DNA from: an uncultured Candidatus Poseidoniales archaeon
GTDB lineage: Archaea; Thermoplasmatota; Poseidoniia; Poseidoniales; Thalassarchaeaceae
Length of the DNA: 64,000 nucleotides
Direction: 5' to 3'
Assembly (NCBI GenBank): GCA_963968165.1
Contig: CAXAFE010000011.1
Span: 4,384 to 68,383, forward strand
Below, piece after piece: positions 17,023 through 27,094 of this stretch (positions within the stretch are counted from its first letter, which is position 1; each line of letters starts with the position of its first letter). The notes below the pieces were generated by a model, which worked only from the letters and a program-made list of their open reading frames with translations, was not told where the DNA came from and did not search any database. The translations under genes were made by a program, and so were the position numbers.

Positions 17023-20000
17023 TTATTGGTTGAATACTACAGCATCCATAATAGGCTCTGAAGATATAGTTCCACTATTTTCATAATCTAACCATGTTCC
17101 TTTACCTGAAATTCTCGATTGAAATTCATTATATGCTATAATCATGGTCGGCAATAATATAGAACTAGTTATTAAAGCCAATACTAATAGTAACATCATC
17201 AGTATGAAAAAGTTCTGAAGCCCTGGGATTGCCACAAAAAGACCTGCAGATAATCCTGCACATGTCGTCACAGTTGTTTCAAAGATTGTATGCCCAGTCC
17301 TTGTAATAGATTTTACAATCCCCGCCGGAGTTTCTCCTTCATCCTTTATCCTGTCAACTATATGGATTGAATCATCAACACCTATACCAAAAACTATAGT
17401 TCCAATCATTGCAGTAAACACATTTACATTAACCGAACCAAGACGCATAAGGATAGGTTGCCATAATACCACAGCTCCAACAGCGACCATAGTAAAAATT
17501 GCTAAACGAGGTGACCTGAACAATAAAGTCATTATGAATAATAAAATTAACATGGTCACTATTGTAGAGTCTGATTGCGCATCATGGATTCCTTTATTGA
17601 TATCTAGTGAAACAGGGAGTCCACCAGTCAATAATGAGTTTGATACACCATCAATACCCAAAGTATCACAATTAAGAACATCATTACATTCTGTGCCAGA
17701 TAAATAAACATCAATTGCATTTCTTAAGCTTGATGCTTCTGCAAGATTAATGTAGGGTTGATTGACATAAACTAATGTTTTTGTTTCCCCAAGACCCGAA
17801 TCTGCATTCATTAGCATAGATCTTATTTCTGGTGATAATGTATCAAATACTATGTTAATTATATCTTCCCTATTAGATATACTGTAACCCCAACAATCAG
17901 GTCTTAATGGATTATTGGATTCATCCCAACATTCGTCATGAAGTAGTTCCCACAAACTTTGATCATATAGTTCAAGTCCTTGAAATTCTAAGTCAACATG
18001 TACTGCTTTTAGAATATTTACAAGACTAATAGTAGTAGTATTTCTAATATTATCTAGATTATTTATTTGAGCTTCCTCTATTGCATCCAATATAGACAGA
18101 TCTCGTATGGGTGCACTATCCGAAGGATTTACGAAGTTTGTAGCATCGACAATAAACATATTAGTCTGCCCACCTTTGAATTCAATGCTGTATTCTCTAA
18201 GAGTTTCATAAGATTCTAGACCAGGAGGTACTTCTTCAGATGAACCAGTAATTTCTTTTCCTAATTCATCAGCAAACAGATTGACCCCATAAAGAGTAGC
18301 TGTGAATGATACTATTAGAATCAAAAGTGTAGCTTTAATAGGAAATTCTCCAATTTTTTCCCATAATCCTGGTAATAATGAAAAAAGGATAGTTATGCCT
18401 AAAGACAGCGAAAGTAAAATGGAATTATCTGTGTCCATATTATTTAAATTCGAAATCAAAGATAGACCATTAGTTAAGAATAAGAATAGGGAGATAGATA
18501 TTATGGATGATAAAATCCATATTTTATTATTTGAAATATTTAATTCAAACTGACCCTTTCTGTATCTCAATAAGTGAATCAACGCTGGAACCATCAACAT
18601 GGAAAGTATGAATGTACTGGCAATACCAATCAAAAGCGTTGTCCCAACAGTTCTCATAGGCTCTATGGGAACAATTTCCGTCCATGTGAGTACACTGAAA
18701 CCGATTATGGTTGTTAATGCTGAAATAAAGATAGCATGACCGGTTGTCATAGCAGACCTTACAGTAGCAGTTAAACTGATGTAAGAGCCCCAAGGATCAA
18801 TTTCTTTTGTTTGAATGCCATCTCTTTCTGCAGTCCATGCCATACTAAGTTGTTCATTTATAATTTCAGTACGATTTTCTTCAATTCTATTGGTTAAATG
18901 TAAGGCATAATCTACACCTAATCCCACTAAAATAGGGCCAGCAGATATTATCATTGGAGTAAGCATAATATCTGCTATAACAGTTGTACCAAATGTTACG
19001 GCTAAACTCATAAATATTGGTAATCCACATATAATTATTACTTTTGGATCTCTATGTAATATAAACATAGTAAGGGCCACAAAAAGTAAACTTAGTGGTA
19101 GCATCGTATCCACTAATTCATCATATATTGCATCTGAAACATCATGTAAAACCGGTGTAAGTCCCGTTATTGTGATTGCATTTCTACAGAATTTGTCTGA
19201 ATTAGCAGAAAACCCTTCATAAGGTGATTCACCCGGTAAATCTCTGCAAATTGTATCTTCTCTTTCTCTGTCTATTGTCGTAGTTGGATTTTCATACACT
19301 CTGCAACGCAATAAATCAAAATTATTAGGTAGACTGCAATCATTACGTACTAATTTTTCGACATACATTAAAAATGCCTTATGGTCCCTAATTTCTTTCG
19401 TGGGATCTTTTGGATCTGGCCTTTCATCAATATCGGTATCTGACATATCAAAAATAATTCCCATTACAACTACTCCAGTATCCCAAATTCCATCATTATT
19501 AGTATCGCAAACTAAACTACTTTTGCATCCTTTTCGGTTCAAAAGTTCTCCAGAATTTTCAACATACCTATCTATTCTCTCTTGGGCATCATCGCCCTGA
19601 GGTATTGAATATCCCTCAAATGGATTTAATGAAGACACCGTGCAATCATTTTGGTTTCCAGACGGTAAACCATATTTCTCCGCTGCGCATGTAAACCTAT
19701 AGTTCGAAGAATTTGCTTCCTTTATCATTTGAGAGGGAGATAATATCCATATTACACCATCCGATAATCCTCTATCTGATTTATCATAATCTAATCCACG
19801 TTGATAACCTGACATTTCAATATTATTATCATCTCCCTCAATCCACGATATTTGAGATAGAATATTTTCATCAGTAATATTCTCAATACCCTTTTCATTA
19901 CCTGTTGCAGCATTATTGGTCTGGACATATAACATAACGATATCTGTGGCCCATTGTTCTCTGACATTTTCCAATAATTCAGTTGAATCAGCACCGTCAG

Positions 20001-20340
20001 GGAGATAAATCTCAACATCTCCATTAATTTGATGCTCAAAATCTAAGGCATCTTTACCAATTAAAATTGTAATTAATAGAAGGACTGCAACAATACTACC
20101 GGGACTGCGGAGTATTGTAGAATAGGTAAGTTCAGTAATTCTTCTTCCGGCGGCATTACAAAAATCAGAAATATCATCGACTAATTGACCACCGGTATCA
20201 TAAATTTCTCCAATAAAACTTGTTGAGAGTTTGTGTTTTACCTGAGAATAAATGTTTCTAATAGGTTGTAGACTTTGAAAGAAATTTTCCCAAAATACAG
20301 TCTCGTCATCGATATCGTCACCGCCGATAGAGTCTGTCAC
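17023..20340 (-). CDS. RND-superfamily exporter, MMPL/HAE3-like (two 5-6 helix bundles, two large extracytoplasmic loops)
   Basis: 1105 aa. The duplicated signature is GLGVDYALHLTNR and GIGVDDSIHIVDR, each inside a hydrophobic bundle. Large Cys-containing hydrophilic domains precede each bundle. Confidence 0.8.
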   Translation of the reverse strand: MTDSIGGDDIDDETVFWENFFQSLQPIRNIYSQVKHKLSTSFIGEIYDTGGQLVDDISDFCNAAGRRITELTYSTILRSPGSIVAVLLLITILIGKDALDFEHQINGDVEIYLPDGADSTELLENVREQWATDIVMLYVQTNNAATGNEKGIENITDENILSQISWIEGDDNNIEMSGYQRGLDYDKSDRGLSDGVIWILSPSQMIKEANSSNYRFTCAAEKYGLPSGNQNDCTVSSLNPFEGYSIPQGDDAQERIDRYVENSGELLNRKGCKSSLVCDTNNDGIWDTGVVVMGIIFDMSDTDIDERPDPKDPTKEIRDHKAFLMYVEKLVRNDCSLPNNFDLLRCRVYENPTTTIDREREDTICRDLPGESPYEGFSANSDKFCRNAITITGLTPVLHDVSDAIYDELVDTMLPLSLLFVALTMFILHRDPKVIIICGLPIFMSLAVTFGTTVIADIMLTPMIISAGPILVGLGVDYALHLTNRIEENRTEIINEQLSMAWTAERDGIQTKEIDPWGSYISLTATVRSAMTTGHAIFISALTTIIGFSVLTWTEIVPIEPMRTVGTTLLIGIASTFILSMLMVPALIHLLRYRKGQFELNISNNKIWILSSIISISLFLFLTNGLSLISNLNNMDTDNSILLSLSLGITILFSLLPGLWEKIGEFPIKATLLILIVSFTATLYGVNLFADELGKEITGSSEEVPPGLESYETLREYSIEFKGGQTNMFIVDATNFVNPSDSAPIRDLSILDAIEEAQINNLDNIRNTTTISLVNILKAVHVDLEFQGLELYDQSLWELLHDECWDESNNPLRPDCWGYSISNREDIINIVFDTLSPEIRSMLMNADSGLGETKTLVYVNQPYINLAEASSLRNAIDVYLSGTECNDVLNCDTLGIDGVSNSLLTGGLPVSLDINKGIHDAQSDSTIVTMLILLFIMTLLFRSPRLAIFTMVAVGAVVLWQPILMRLGSVNVNVFTAMIGTIVFGIGVDDSIHIVDRIKDEGETPAGIVKSITRTGHTIFETTVTTCAGLSAGLFVAIPGLQNFFILMMLLLVLALITSSILLPTMIIAYNEFQSRISGKGTWLDYENSGTISSEPIMDAVVFNQ

Positions 20341-20437
20341 GAATGCTAGGCCGCAAGTGGACCAAATGAAACGTTCGCATTAGAGATTCACATACGACTA
20401 ATTTGTTGAATAAAAATATAGGATAAAAAAATACCAT

Positions 20438-21187
20438 ATGGAGGAATATTTGAAAGTGAACACTCGCCCGTGTAGAGTGATAACTATGGGAAGAAGGCGC
20501 AAAAATATGGTAGTTAATACACCAATTAACGATGGTGATAATAGAGTAACTTCATTCTTAGTCACTTCTGGTGTGATTTCAGTAGTAGCAATTATATTCA
20601 TCAGTATGGCATCTAATTACAGTATAGGTCCGGAAGAAGGACAAATTATTCCAAATTTAGGAGGAGAAGTATATGAATCTGGTACTTGGTCTGATTTTGA
20701 CCTCCATTCAATGTTTGACCGCGATTGGCAAGAAGATGAAGAAGGCGAGTGGATATATATCCAAATTTTAGATACAGATTGTCCTTATTGCTATTCAGAA
20801 GGTGATGATATGTCTGAAAGACATAATTTATATAATTCTAAAGCTGCTTTCCTTTCGGTTGTAGTAGAATTGGCAATTCCGGGACATGATGGTTCCGAGT
20901 CTGAGATAATAGCTTTCAAAGATAAAGCTAGTTTTGGAACTGAATCTGATGATGGTAATGGATGTAATTCTGGTAGAAATAATTGCGAAAATAGGCCAGG
21001 AGAAGTCCACGAGTGGGGCTATGTTAATGATTTAGATATGACTGTTAAAAATAGTTGGGATATTTCAGGGACCCCGTTTAATATCTTACTAAAACCAAAT
21101 GGAGAGGTTGCATGGAATCAAGCAGCACATGGTGAAAATGATGGCCAAAATATTGATGATGCTCTTGCTAACTACTTGGGGGCATAA
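20438..21187 (+). CDS. Membrane-anchored extracytoplasmic thioredoxin-fold protein (TlpA/DsbA-like), CPYC active site
   Basis: An N-terminal TM anchor (VTSFLVTSGVISVVAIIFISMA) is present. The active site is IQILDTDCPYCYSE. The cis-Pro region is ISGTPFNILLKPNGEVAW. An alternative start lies at 20486. Confidence 0.65.
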   Translation: MEEYLKVNTRPCRVITMGRRRKNMVVNTPINDGDNRVTSFLVTSGVISVVAIIFISMASNYSIGPEEGQIIPNLGGEVYESGTWSDFDLHSMFDRDWQEDEEGEWIYIQILDTDCPYCYSEGDDMSERHNLYNSKAAFLSVVVELAIPGHDGSESEIIAFKDKASFGTESDDGNGCNSGRNNCENRPGEVHEWGYVNDLDMTVKNSWDISGTPFNILLKPNGEVAWNQAAHGENDGQNIDDALANYLGA

Positions 21188-21192
21188 ATAAT

Positions 21193-21780
21193 ATGCTCGG
21201 AGAATATGGGCCTTTGCTTGTATTTGGTTTAATCATTTTATCAGGAATTTTTATTGCTACACCATTTGGTAAAAATTTGAATTTGAAATTAACTGAAACT
21301 AGGAGAGTATTACTTGGTCTAGTTGTAGTTGAGATTGGCACTCTACTAACTAGTATGTGGACTGAAATAATACATAGACAGATACAAGCAACTGGAGGTA
21401 CCAATTTTTGTGCAGCTGAAGGAATTGTACAATGCGGTAGTGTCATTGGCGATCCCAAGTATTCCGAATTTTTAGGATTTTCATGGGGCATGATTGGAAT
21501 GATTTCATTTTCAATATTACTATATCTTGGAGTATCTTTGTTTTTTGGGCCTAGGGATAAATTATCAAAATTGTGGCTAGATATTTCTTTTTTTATATCA
21601 TTACCAGGGATAATTGGAGTTGCGTGGTTAGTCATAGTAGAATTATTTTTAGTCGATGGAGCGCCTCATATTTGCCCATATTGTACGGCTGTACATATAG
21701 GCATGATATCAGTAATTGGCATCTTATATAACTTAAGGCAACAACATGAAAATGATGTATGGGACTTAGCAATTAGTTGA
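21193..21780 (+). CDS. VKOR (vitamin K epoxide reductase)-like polytopic membrane oxidoreductase
   Basis: 195 aa with ~5 TM helices. The loop Cys pair is FCAAEGIVQCGSV (C-x7-C), followed by S.(F/Y)....G. The intramembrane motif is HICPYCTAVHIGM (CxxC). The gene starts 5 nt after the thioredoxin-fold gene. A DsbB-like alternative is not excluded. Confidence 0.6.
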   Translation: MLGEYGPLLVFGLIILSGIFIATPFGKNLNLKLTETRRVLLGLVVVEIGTLLTSMWTEIIHRQIQATGGTNFCAAEGIVQCGSVIGDPKYSEFLGFSWGMIGMISFSILLYLGVSLFFGPRDKLSKLWLDISFFISLPGIIGVAWLVIVELFLVDGAPHICPYCTAVHIGMISVIGILYNLRQQHENDVWDLAIS

Positions 21781-21790
21781 GGTAAAAAAT

Positions 21791-22732
21791 ATGCAATTAG
21801 TTACTGGTGGGGCAGGATTCATAGGTTCTCACCTTGTCGATGCGTTAGTTCTGGATGGTAAAAGAGTAAGAATTATTGACAATTTTAGTAGTGGAAGAAA
21901 GGAATTTTTATCCCATCATGATAGTAACAACAATGTTGAGATAATTGATTGCGATCTACTTGATATTGAGGGGCTTAAAATAGCAATGAATGGAGTTCAC
22001 CACGTACACCATTTGGCTGCTAATCCCGATATCCGTTTAGGAATTGAGATTACAGATACCGATTTGAATCAGGGCACAATAGCTACATATAATGTTCTTG
22101 AAGCTATGAGAGTAAACGGAGTAAAAAATATATCATTCGCTTCTTCATCGGCTATTTATGGTGAAGCTGATGAAATGCCAACTACGGAAAAATATGGCCC
22201 TAATTTACCAATCTCATTATATGGCGCTTCTAAACTTGCAAGTGAGGCCCTAATTACCGCATGGATAGGAACATTTGGAGGCAAGGGTTATTTGCATAGA
22301 TTTGCAAATATTGTTGGCTCAAGGGGAACTCATGGAGTGATATTTGATTTTATTCATAAATTAAAGAAAAACCCAAATAGATTAGAAGTTCTTGGCGATG
22401 GCTTTCAAGAAAAATCATACATGTCTGTCCAAGATTGTGTCACATCTATGCTACACATAGTAAATCATTCTGAAGAATCCATAAATCTTTTTAATTTGGG
22501 GACCGGAGATACTTGCTCAGTAAGAAGAATTGCAGAGATAGTAGTTGAAGAAAGTCAGCTTAGAGATGTTAAAATAGAATATACTGGAGGTAAAAGAGGA
22601 TGGGCAGGAGATGTTCCGAAAACGTTCCTAAACGTTGATAAATTATTAGCCACCGATTTTAAACCGACTAGAATGTCTGAAGATGCAATCAGAGATACTG
22701 TTAGGCAGCTTATTTCCGAAATTGGATTATAA
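21791..22732 (+). CDS. NAD-dependent nucleotide-sugar epimerase/dehydratase (extended SDR)
   Basis: Motifs are TGGAGFIGSHLVDAL and the catalytic YGASKLASE (YxxxK). Length is 313 aa. The gene starts 10 nt after the VKOR-like gene. Confidence 0.85.
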   Translation: MQLVTGGAGFIGSHLVDALVLDGKRVRIIDNFSSGRKEFLSHHDSNNNVEIIDCDLLDIEGLKIAMNGVHHVHHLAANPDIRLGIEITDTDLNQGTIATYNVLEAMRVNGVKNISFASSSAIYGEADEMPTTEKYGPNLPISLYGASKLASEALITAWIGTFGGKGYLHRFANIVGSRGTHGVIFDFIHKLKKNPNRLEVLGDGFQEKSYMSVQDCVTSMLHIVNHSEESINLFNLGTGDTCSVRRIAEIVVEESQLRDVKIEYTGGKRGWAGDVPKTFLNVDKLLATDFKPTRMSEDAIRDTVRQLISEIGL

Positions 22733-23606
22733 TTGGAAGTGAGGACAATAATAATATGGAAGCTATAGGAAAGGATAAATTTAATTTCGAAGATTGAAAA
22801 TTAGAGCCTAGGTATAAGGAAGTTGCGCCTAATGTATTAGGATAATTTTCGTCATGTACTGCAGTTTCATGAATGATTATGATTTTCATATTATCTAGAG
22901 ATTTATTTGATGGGATAAAGTATAAAGATGAAATTGAATTATTGTCAATATCGATATTATTCCATGAATCTTGAGGATAAGACCAATTGACAGAATTATT
23001 TAGATTTATTTCATTATAAGCAAATAAGATATCATGATGTGACTCCAATCCATTTTGAATTAAATTAGATGGAGTCTTGATACTATTTTCAAGAATCATA
23101 ATTGTAATTTTAGTTTCTACTTCGCTATTAAAATTTGAAAGAGATGCTGAAATATTTAACTCCCCGGATAAATGACTAACTAGTAAATTAATTTCTGTAT
23201 CACCTCTTCTCTGATTTTCAGCAGATAATAAGCTCCTATGCAAGGTAGTTGTATCGGGAGCTCCTCCTGCAAGTATATCTCCATCAAACCAGAAAGTTGG
23301 AAAAACCTTTGATGTATTGTATCTTTCTAATCTATGATCCGTAATTGGGGTACCAAATGGATCATCAAATGTATCATGGATTGCAATCCTAATTACACGA
23401 TCGCCATTAGCATCCGTATAATCTGGCATCCAAGAATCCACAGAGGCACAAATTTCGCACCATGTAGCCGTATATTGCTCCATTAGTACTGAGAATCCCC
23501 CCTCTTTTTGCCATATCTCTTTTTCTTTGTCCTCACCATAGGATATGTTAGATGATAAAATAATAATGGTTAGAACAATTATGAAACGCTGCACGAATCC
23601 CCCCAT
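22710..23606 (-). CDS. Extracytoplasmic thioredoxin-fold protein (WCEIC) with unknown C-terminal domain and C-terminal TM
   Basis: The signal/anchor is FIIVLTIIILSSNISYG. The active site is YTATWCEICASVD. The cis-Pro-like region is VFPTFWFDG. The C-terminal hydrophobic segment FPIASILLLSSLPIIIQ is followed by FRK. The track ORF starts at 23657; I prefer Met at 23606. Confidence 0.55.
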   Translation of the reverse strand: MGGFVQRFIIVLTIIILSSNISYGEDKEKEIWQKEGGFSVLMEQYTATWCEICASVDSWMPDYTDANGDRVIRIAIHDTFDDPFGTPITDHRLERYNTSKVFPTFWFDGDILAGGAPDTTTLHRSLLSAENQRRGDTEINLLVSHLSGELNISASLSNFNSEVETKITIMILENSIKTPSNLIQNGLESHHDILFAYNEINLNNSVNWSYPQDSWNNIDIDNNSISSLYFIPSNKSLDNMKIIIIHETAVHDENYPNTLGATSLYLGSNFQSSKLNLSFPIASILLLSSLPIIIQFRK

Positions 23607-23658
23607 GTTAGGGCCTAAGGCGCTTCCTTTGATAACCCAATGGCCCAGCGCCATCAAT

Positions 23659-24411
23659 ATGAGTAAGCGTTGGTATCAAGAAAATCGGCGTGACCCATGG
23701 AGGAGGGAAGCACGATCAAAAGGATATAGGGCTCGTTCTGCATATAAATTAAAGCAAATTCAAGATAAATTTGGAATATTGCGTAAAGGAGATTCCGTAT
23801 TAGATGTAGGTTGTCACCCTGGTGGATGGACACAAGTGGCTGTTGAAGAAGTAGGGGAACAGGGTTTTGTCGTTGGAGTAGATCTATTGGCAACATCTCC
23901 AGTTGAAGGAGCCAGCATAATTATTGGAAATATTTCTAATAATTCAACAATTGAACAAGTAAATGAATTATTGGAAGGTAGGATTCTTAATGCAGTAGTG
24001 AGCGATATTTCCCCCAGTTTAACAGGTCGTTACGATACCGATCAAGCGATTTCTCTTGAATTGTCAACGCTTGTTATGGATACCGCTATGCCAATATTAG
24101 CACCGGGGGGAAACTTTGTCACTAAAATATTCCAAGGAACCGGTATAGAGGGACTCATGGAAGCAGCTAAACAAAGATTTTCTAACGTTCAAAGATATGC
24201 TCCAACAGCGAGCAGAAAGGCATCATCAGAAACATATTTGGTCTGTCAGAATAAACTACCCTGGTCTAAAAATAAGACAAAAGGTAAAACAGCTTTTCAG
24301 CATGTGCAGGAACATTTGGAAAAGATTAATGTCCTTGTAAGGAATAACGAGGAAGACGATATTGAGCCCAAGATAGGATTTAAAAAATTAAGTAAAAAGT
24401 ATGAAAAATAA
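23659..24411 (+). CDS. rlmE: 23S rRNA (uridine-2'-O)-methyltransferase, FtsJ/RlmE family
   Basis: The motif run is RSAYKLKQIQDKFGILRKGDSVLDVGCHPGGWTQV followed by VVSDISP. The track ORF begins at 23545, but family-typical N-terminal sequence starts at Met 23659 (MSKRWYQENRRDPW). Confidence 0.85.
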   Translation: MSKRWYQENRRDPWRREARSKGYRARSAYKLKQIQDKFGILRKGDSVLDVGCHPGGWTQVAVEEVGEQGFVVGVDLLATSPVEGASIIIGNISNNSTIEQVNELLEGRILNAVVSDISPSLTGRYDTDQAISLELSTLVMDTAMPILAPGGNFVTKIFQGTGIEGLMEAAKQRFSNVQRYAPTASRKASSETYLVCQNKLPWSKNKTKGKTAFQHVQEHLEKINVLVRNNEEDDIEPKIGFKKLSKKYEK

Positions 24412-26985
24412 TTAATTATTATTACTAGTTCTAACTTCGGATGCTAGTAAACCAGGTAAAACTAAAAGTGCTAGAATTAATGAAAATGCAACTGAAATTG
24501 AGCTTACAATACCAAAATCCTGAATAACAGGGATTGGAGAAAGTAGGAGCACCATGAAGCCACAGATTGTCGTACCTGCTGACATCAATAACGAAGCCCC
24601 AGTTGTTGCATACATATCCCTCATGGCAGACCATACGTCCATTCCTTCCATCCTATTTTCTTCAAATCGTCTCCAAACATGAATTGAGTAATCTATGCCA
24701 AGCCCTATAGTTAAAGCAGTAATCATTACAGTAAGTACATTCCAATTTATTCCTAAAATTGCCATAGCACCTACAACCCAAGATCCTGCCAATCCAACAG
24801 GAAGAATGACTACTAAGGATTGGCCAAATCTCCTAGTGAGCGTTACAAGAACTGCGAGAGATACTGCCAGACTAATTCCAGTTGAACTGACTATTGATGA
24901 TATTAGGCTTGAAAGAACGTTAGATAGAACTATCAAATCTCCATCTACATATGCTCTACCATCGATATCATCTTGTATTATTTTCACCTCAACACCAAAT
25001 TCTCTGGCTATATCATCTACTTCTGTACTGGATTCAGCTTCGACATCAACCCTTAAAATTAGGAAATTAATTTTATTAGTATGTGGCTGAGAATTAGAAT
25101 TATCAATTGAAGCATGCAGTTTTGTCCTATCGGCCCATGTAAGTCCTCGTAATTGATCACCAACGCTATCATTAGAGAGTAGTTCAGATACTGCATTGGA
25201 AAGATCTCCGTTTTGGAATTGTTCAGTAATAGCGATATCGTTACCAAATAATTCTAAATTATGACGATTGCCAAATTCACTATTTTGCAATAACATATCT
25301 TTCAAGATTAAGTATAAACTGTCATAAGATGGCCATTCGTTACTTGAACCGCTGACTTCAGTAGATACTACTGCCGGAATCCTCAATAAAGATTGATCAA
25401 AGCCCCTAAGAGCAGCTATAATTTTTTCTTCATCTTCGAAAACTATTGTATCTTCATTCGGCTCAATCAAGATATATACTGATTTTAATGCATCTACTTC
25501 ATATGCTTCATATATACTATTTCGTACTTGCATTATTTCCATTTCATCCTCAGATAGGAAATCAGTAAGTTCGAAACTAGTGTCGAGGCCCCTTTGTGCA
25601 ACAATTACTGATCCTGTTGTAATCAAGGCGACCAATAATAAAACTCTAGCAGTATTATTTTTTTGAAAATTAGTCGCTTTGTCTGCGATATTATCTAAAT
25701 TGATACCTCTTCTTGGCATGGCACCAGCTGTCTTTTCTACAACTACATGTAATGCTCCGACCGTAACTGTGCTGGCAATAAATGCAGATATTACTCCCAA
25801 AGCAAGTGTGAAACCAAACGATTGGAGCGGAGGTAAAGGAGAAAGAGAATTTGCAGAAAAAGCAAAAACAGTAGTCACAACAGCCAAACTAATAGCAACT
25901 CGGATTTTCTTAAATGACTGTATCCATGCTTTAGCGGCACTGTCGGTATTTGATCTTGCTTTTTCATAACCCGTCTGCAAATGGATACAATAATCAATTC
26001 CCAAACCTAGGACAACCGGGGCTACGGCTACTTCCAATATTGTAAACTCAATTCCCAACATGGAAATTATTCCATATGTCCATACAAGCGATGCAGATAG
26101 ACCCAGTAGAGGTGCCGCAACCATCATGAATGATCTGAAGGTTATAGCAAGAAGTAGAACTACAATTAATATTGCTAATACTAATAGATAAATTAAATCA
26201 TCCAAAGTAGCACTATTTATATCATTACTAACTAATGAATCAGATATTACTCCATATTTCAAAGGAGATTCTGGCATAGTATTTTTATTCAATATATCTC
26301 GGATATTATCTGCAAACTTGAGATTATCTTTTTCATCTAACTCTCCACTCATTTCTATAATCCAAAGAGTGCTGGAAGCATATGGCAAAGGATTGCCAGC
26401 CTCATCTTCCAACCAATCACATACGGGCTCTATATCGAGATCTTCATTGAGCATTACTGAAGATGCAAAAGACGCTGATGCAACTGTTTTTTCATCATTA
26501 ATAAAGGAAGAAGAGCATTGTTCGTTATTTTCAAAGACTGATGTCAGTAAATCTCCCCATTCATTAAAATCATTAAGGGAACCAGAATAATTGCTTTCAT
26601 TTATTGCTCTATTCAAGATATTTGCAGCATTAAGTTGAGATTTAATAAAAAATCCATTTGAATTAGAATAATTAGAAATTGTGTTGTAATCTTCAGAGAG
26701 TCTTTTTAATGCACCAATTTCTAATACGCTGGAGTCTGGTTGAGTAGTTTCTACGTTGATGTAAATTAGCTCCCCCGATTGACCGATTTCTCCATAAATT
26801 CTTAATTTTGCATCTTCATGATCGGTATCAGGAGCAAATGATGAAAGATCAGTCGAAAAATTTGGCAATGGGGAGAGAAAGGTTGCTAGAATTAATGTTA
26901 CAAAAAGACTGACTACAACTATAGAAAAGGCCATTCTTTCAAAAAGTTCAGGAAGTCTTTCAGACGGATGCTCATCAACTACCAT
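24412..26985 (-). CDS. Second RND-superfamily exporter, MMPL/HAE3-like
   Basis: The duplicated signature is GLGIDYCIHLQTGYEK and GLGIDYSIHVWRRFEE within two hydrophobic bundles. The track start at 27144 overlaps rpoL; Met at 26985 (MVVDEHPSERLPELFERMAFSIVVVSLFV) is more plausible. Confidence 0.8.
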   Translation of the reverse strand: MVVDEHPSERLPELFERMAFSIVVVSLFVTLILATFLSPLPNFSTDLSSFAPDTDHEDAKLRIYGEIGQSGELIYINVETTQPDSSVLEIGALKRLSEDYNTISNYSNSNGFFIKSQLNAANILNRAINESNYSGSLNDFNEWGDLLTSVFENNEQCSSSFINDEKTVASASFASSVMLNEDLDIEPVCDWLEDEAGNPLPYASSTLWIIEMSGELDEKDNLKFADNIRDILNKNTMPESPLKYGVISDSLVSNDINSATLDDLIYLLVLAILIVVLLLAITFRSFMMVAAPLLGLSASLVWTYGIISMLGIEFTILEVAVAPVVLGLGIDYCIHLQTGYEKARSNTDSAAKAWIQSFKKIRVAISLAVVTTVFAFSANSLSPLPPLQSFGFTLALGVISAFIASTVTVGALHVVVEKTAGAMPRRGINLDNIADKATNFQKNNTARVLLLVALITTGSVIVAQRGLDTSFELTDFLSEDEMEIMQVRNSIYEAYEVDALKSVYILIEPNEDTIVFEDEEKIIAALRGFDQSLLRIPAVVSTEVSGSSNEWPSYDSLYLILKDMLLQNSEFGNRHNLELFGNDIAITEQFQNGDLSNAVSELLSNDSVGDQLRGLTWADRTKLHASIDNSNSQPHTNKINFLILRVDVEAESSTEVDDIAREFGVEVKIIQDDIDGRAYVDGDLIVLSNVLSSLISSIVSSTGISLAVSLAVLVTLTRRFGQSLVVILPVGLAGSWVVGAMAILGINWNVLTVMITALTIGLGIDYSIHVWRRFEENRMEGMDVWSAMRDMYATTGASLLMSAGTTICGFMVLLLSPIPVIQDFGIVSSISVAFSLILALLVLPGLLASEVRTSNNN

Positions 26986-27094
26986 GCGCCCGCCTGCGGA
27001 TGCTAATGTATAACTTAGGGTGGATTTGAATCTAATCAAACTTAAATTCATATGAAAGGTCTCAAAAAGGAAGCACAGGTCGAGGGACCGTATT

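Noticed and set aside
21168-21635. A 155-aa minus-strand ORF overlapping the VKOR-like gene
   Set aside because: The plus-strand frame has coherent TM helices and paired Cys motifs and sits in an operon with 5-10 nt spacings. The antisense ORF has no recognisable features.
23545-23658. N-terminal extensions in the ORF track: rlmE from 23545, the WCEIC protein from 23657, the RND gene from 27144, cmk from 62413, and the S8 protease from 12562
   Set aside because: Each extension overlaps a neighbouring gene or adds sequence upstream of a family-typical N-terminus or signal peptide. Internal Met codons give cleaner gene boundaries, so I shortened these calls. Starts remain unverified.
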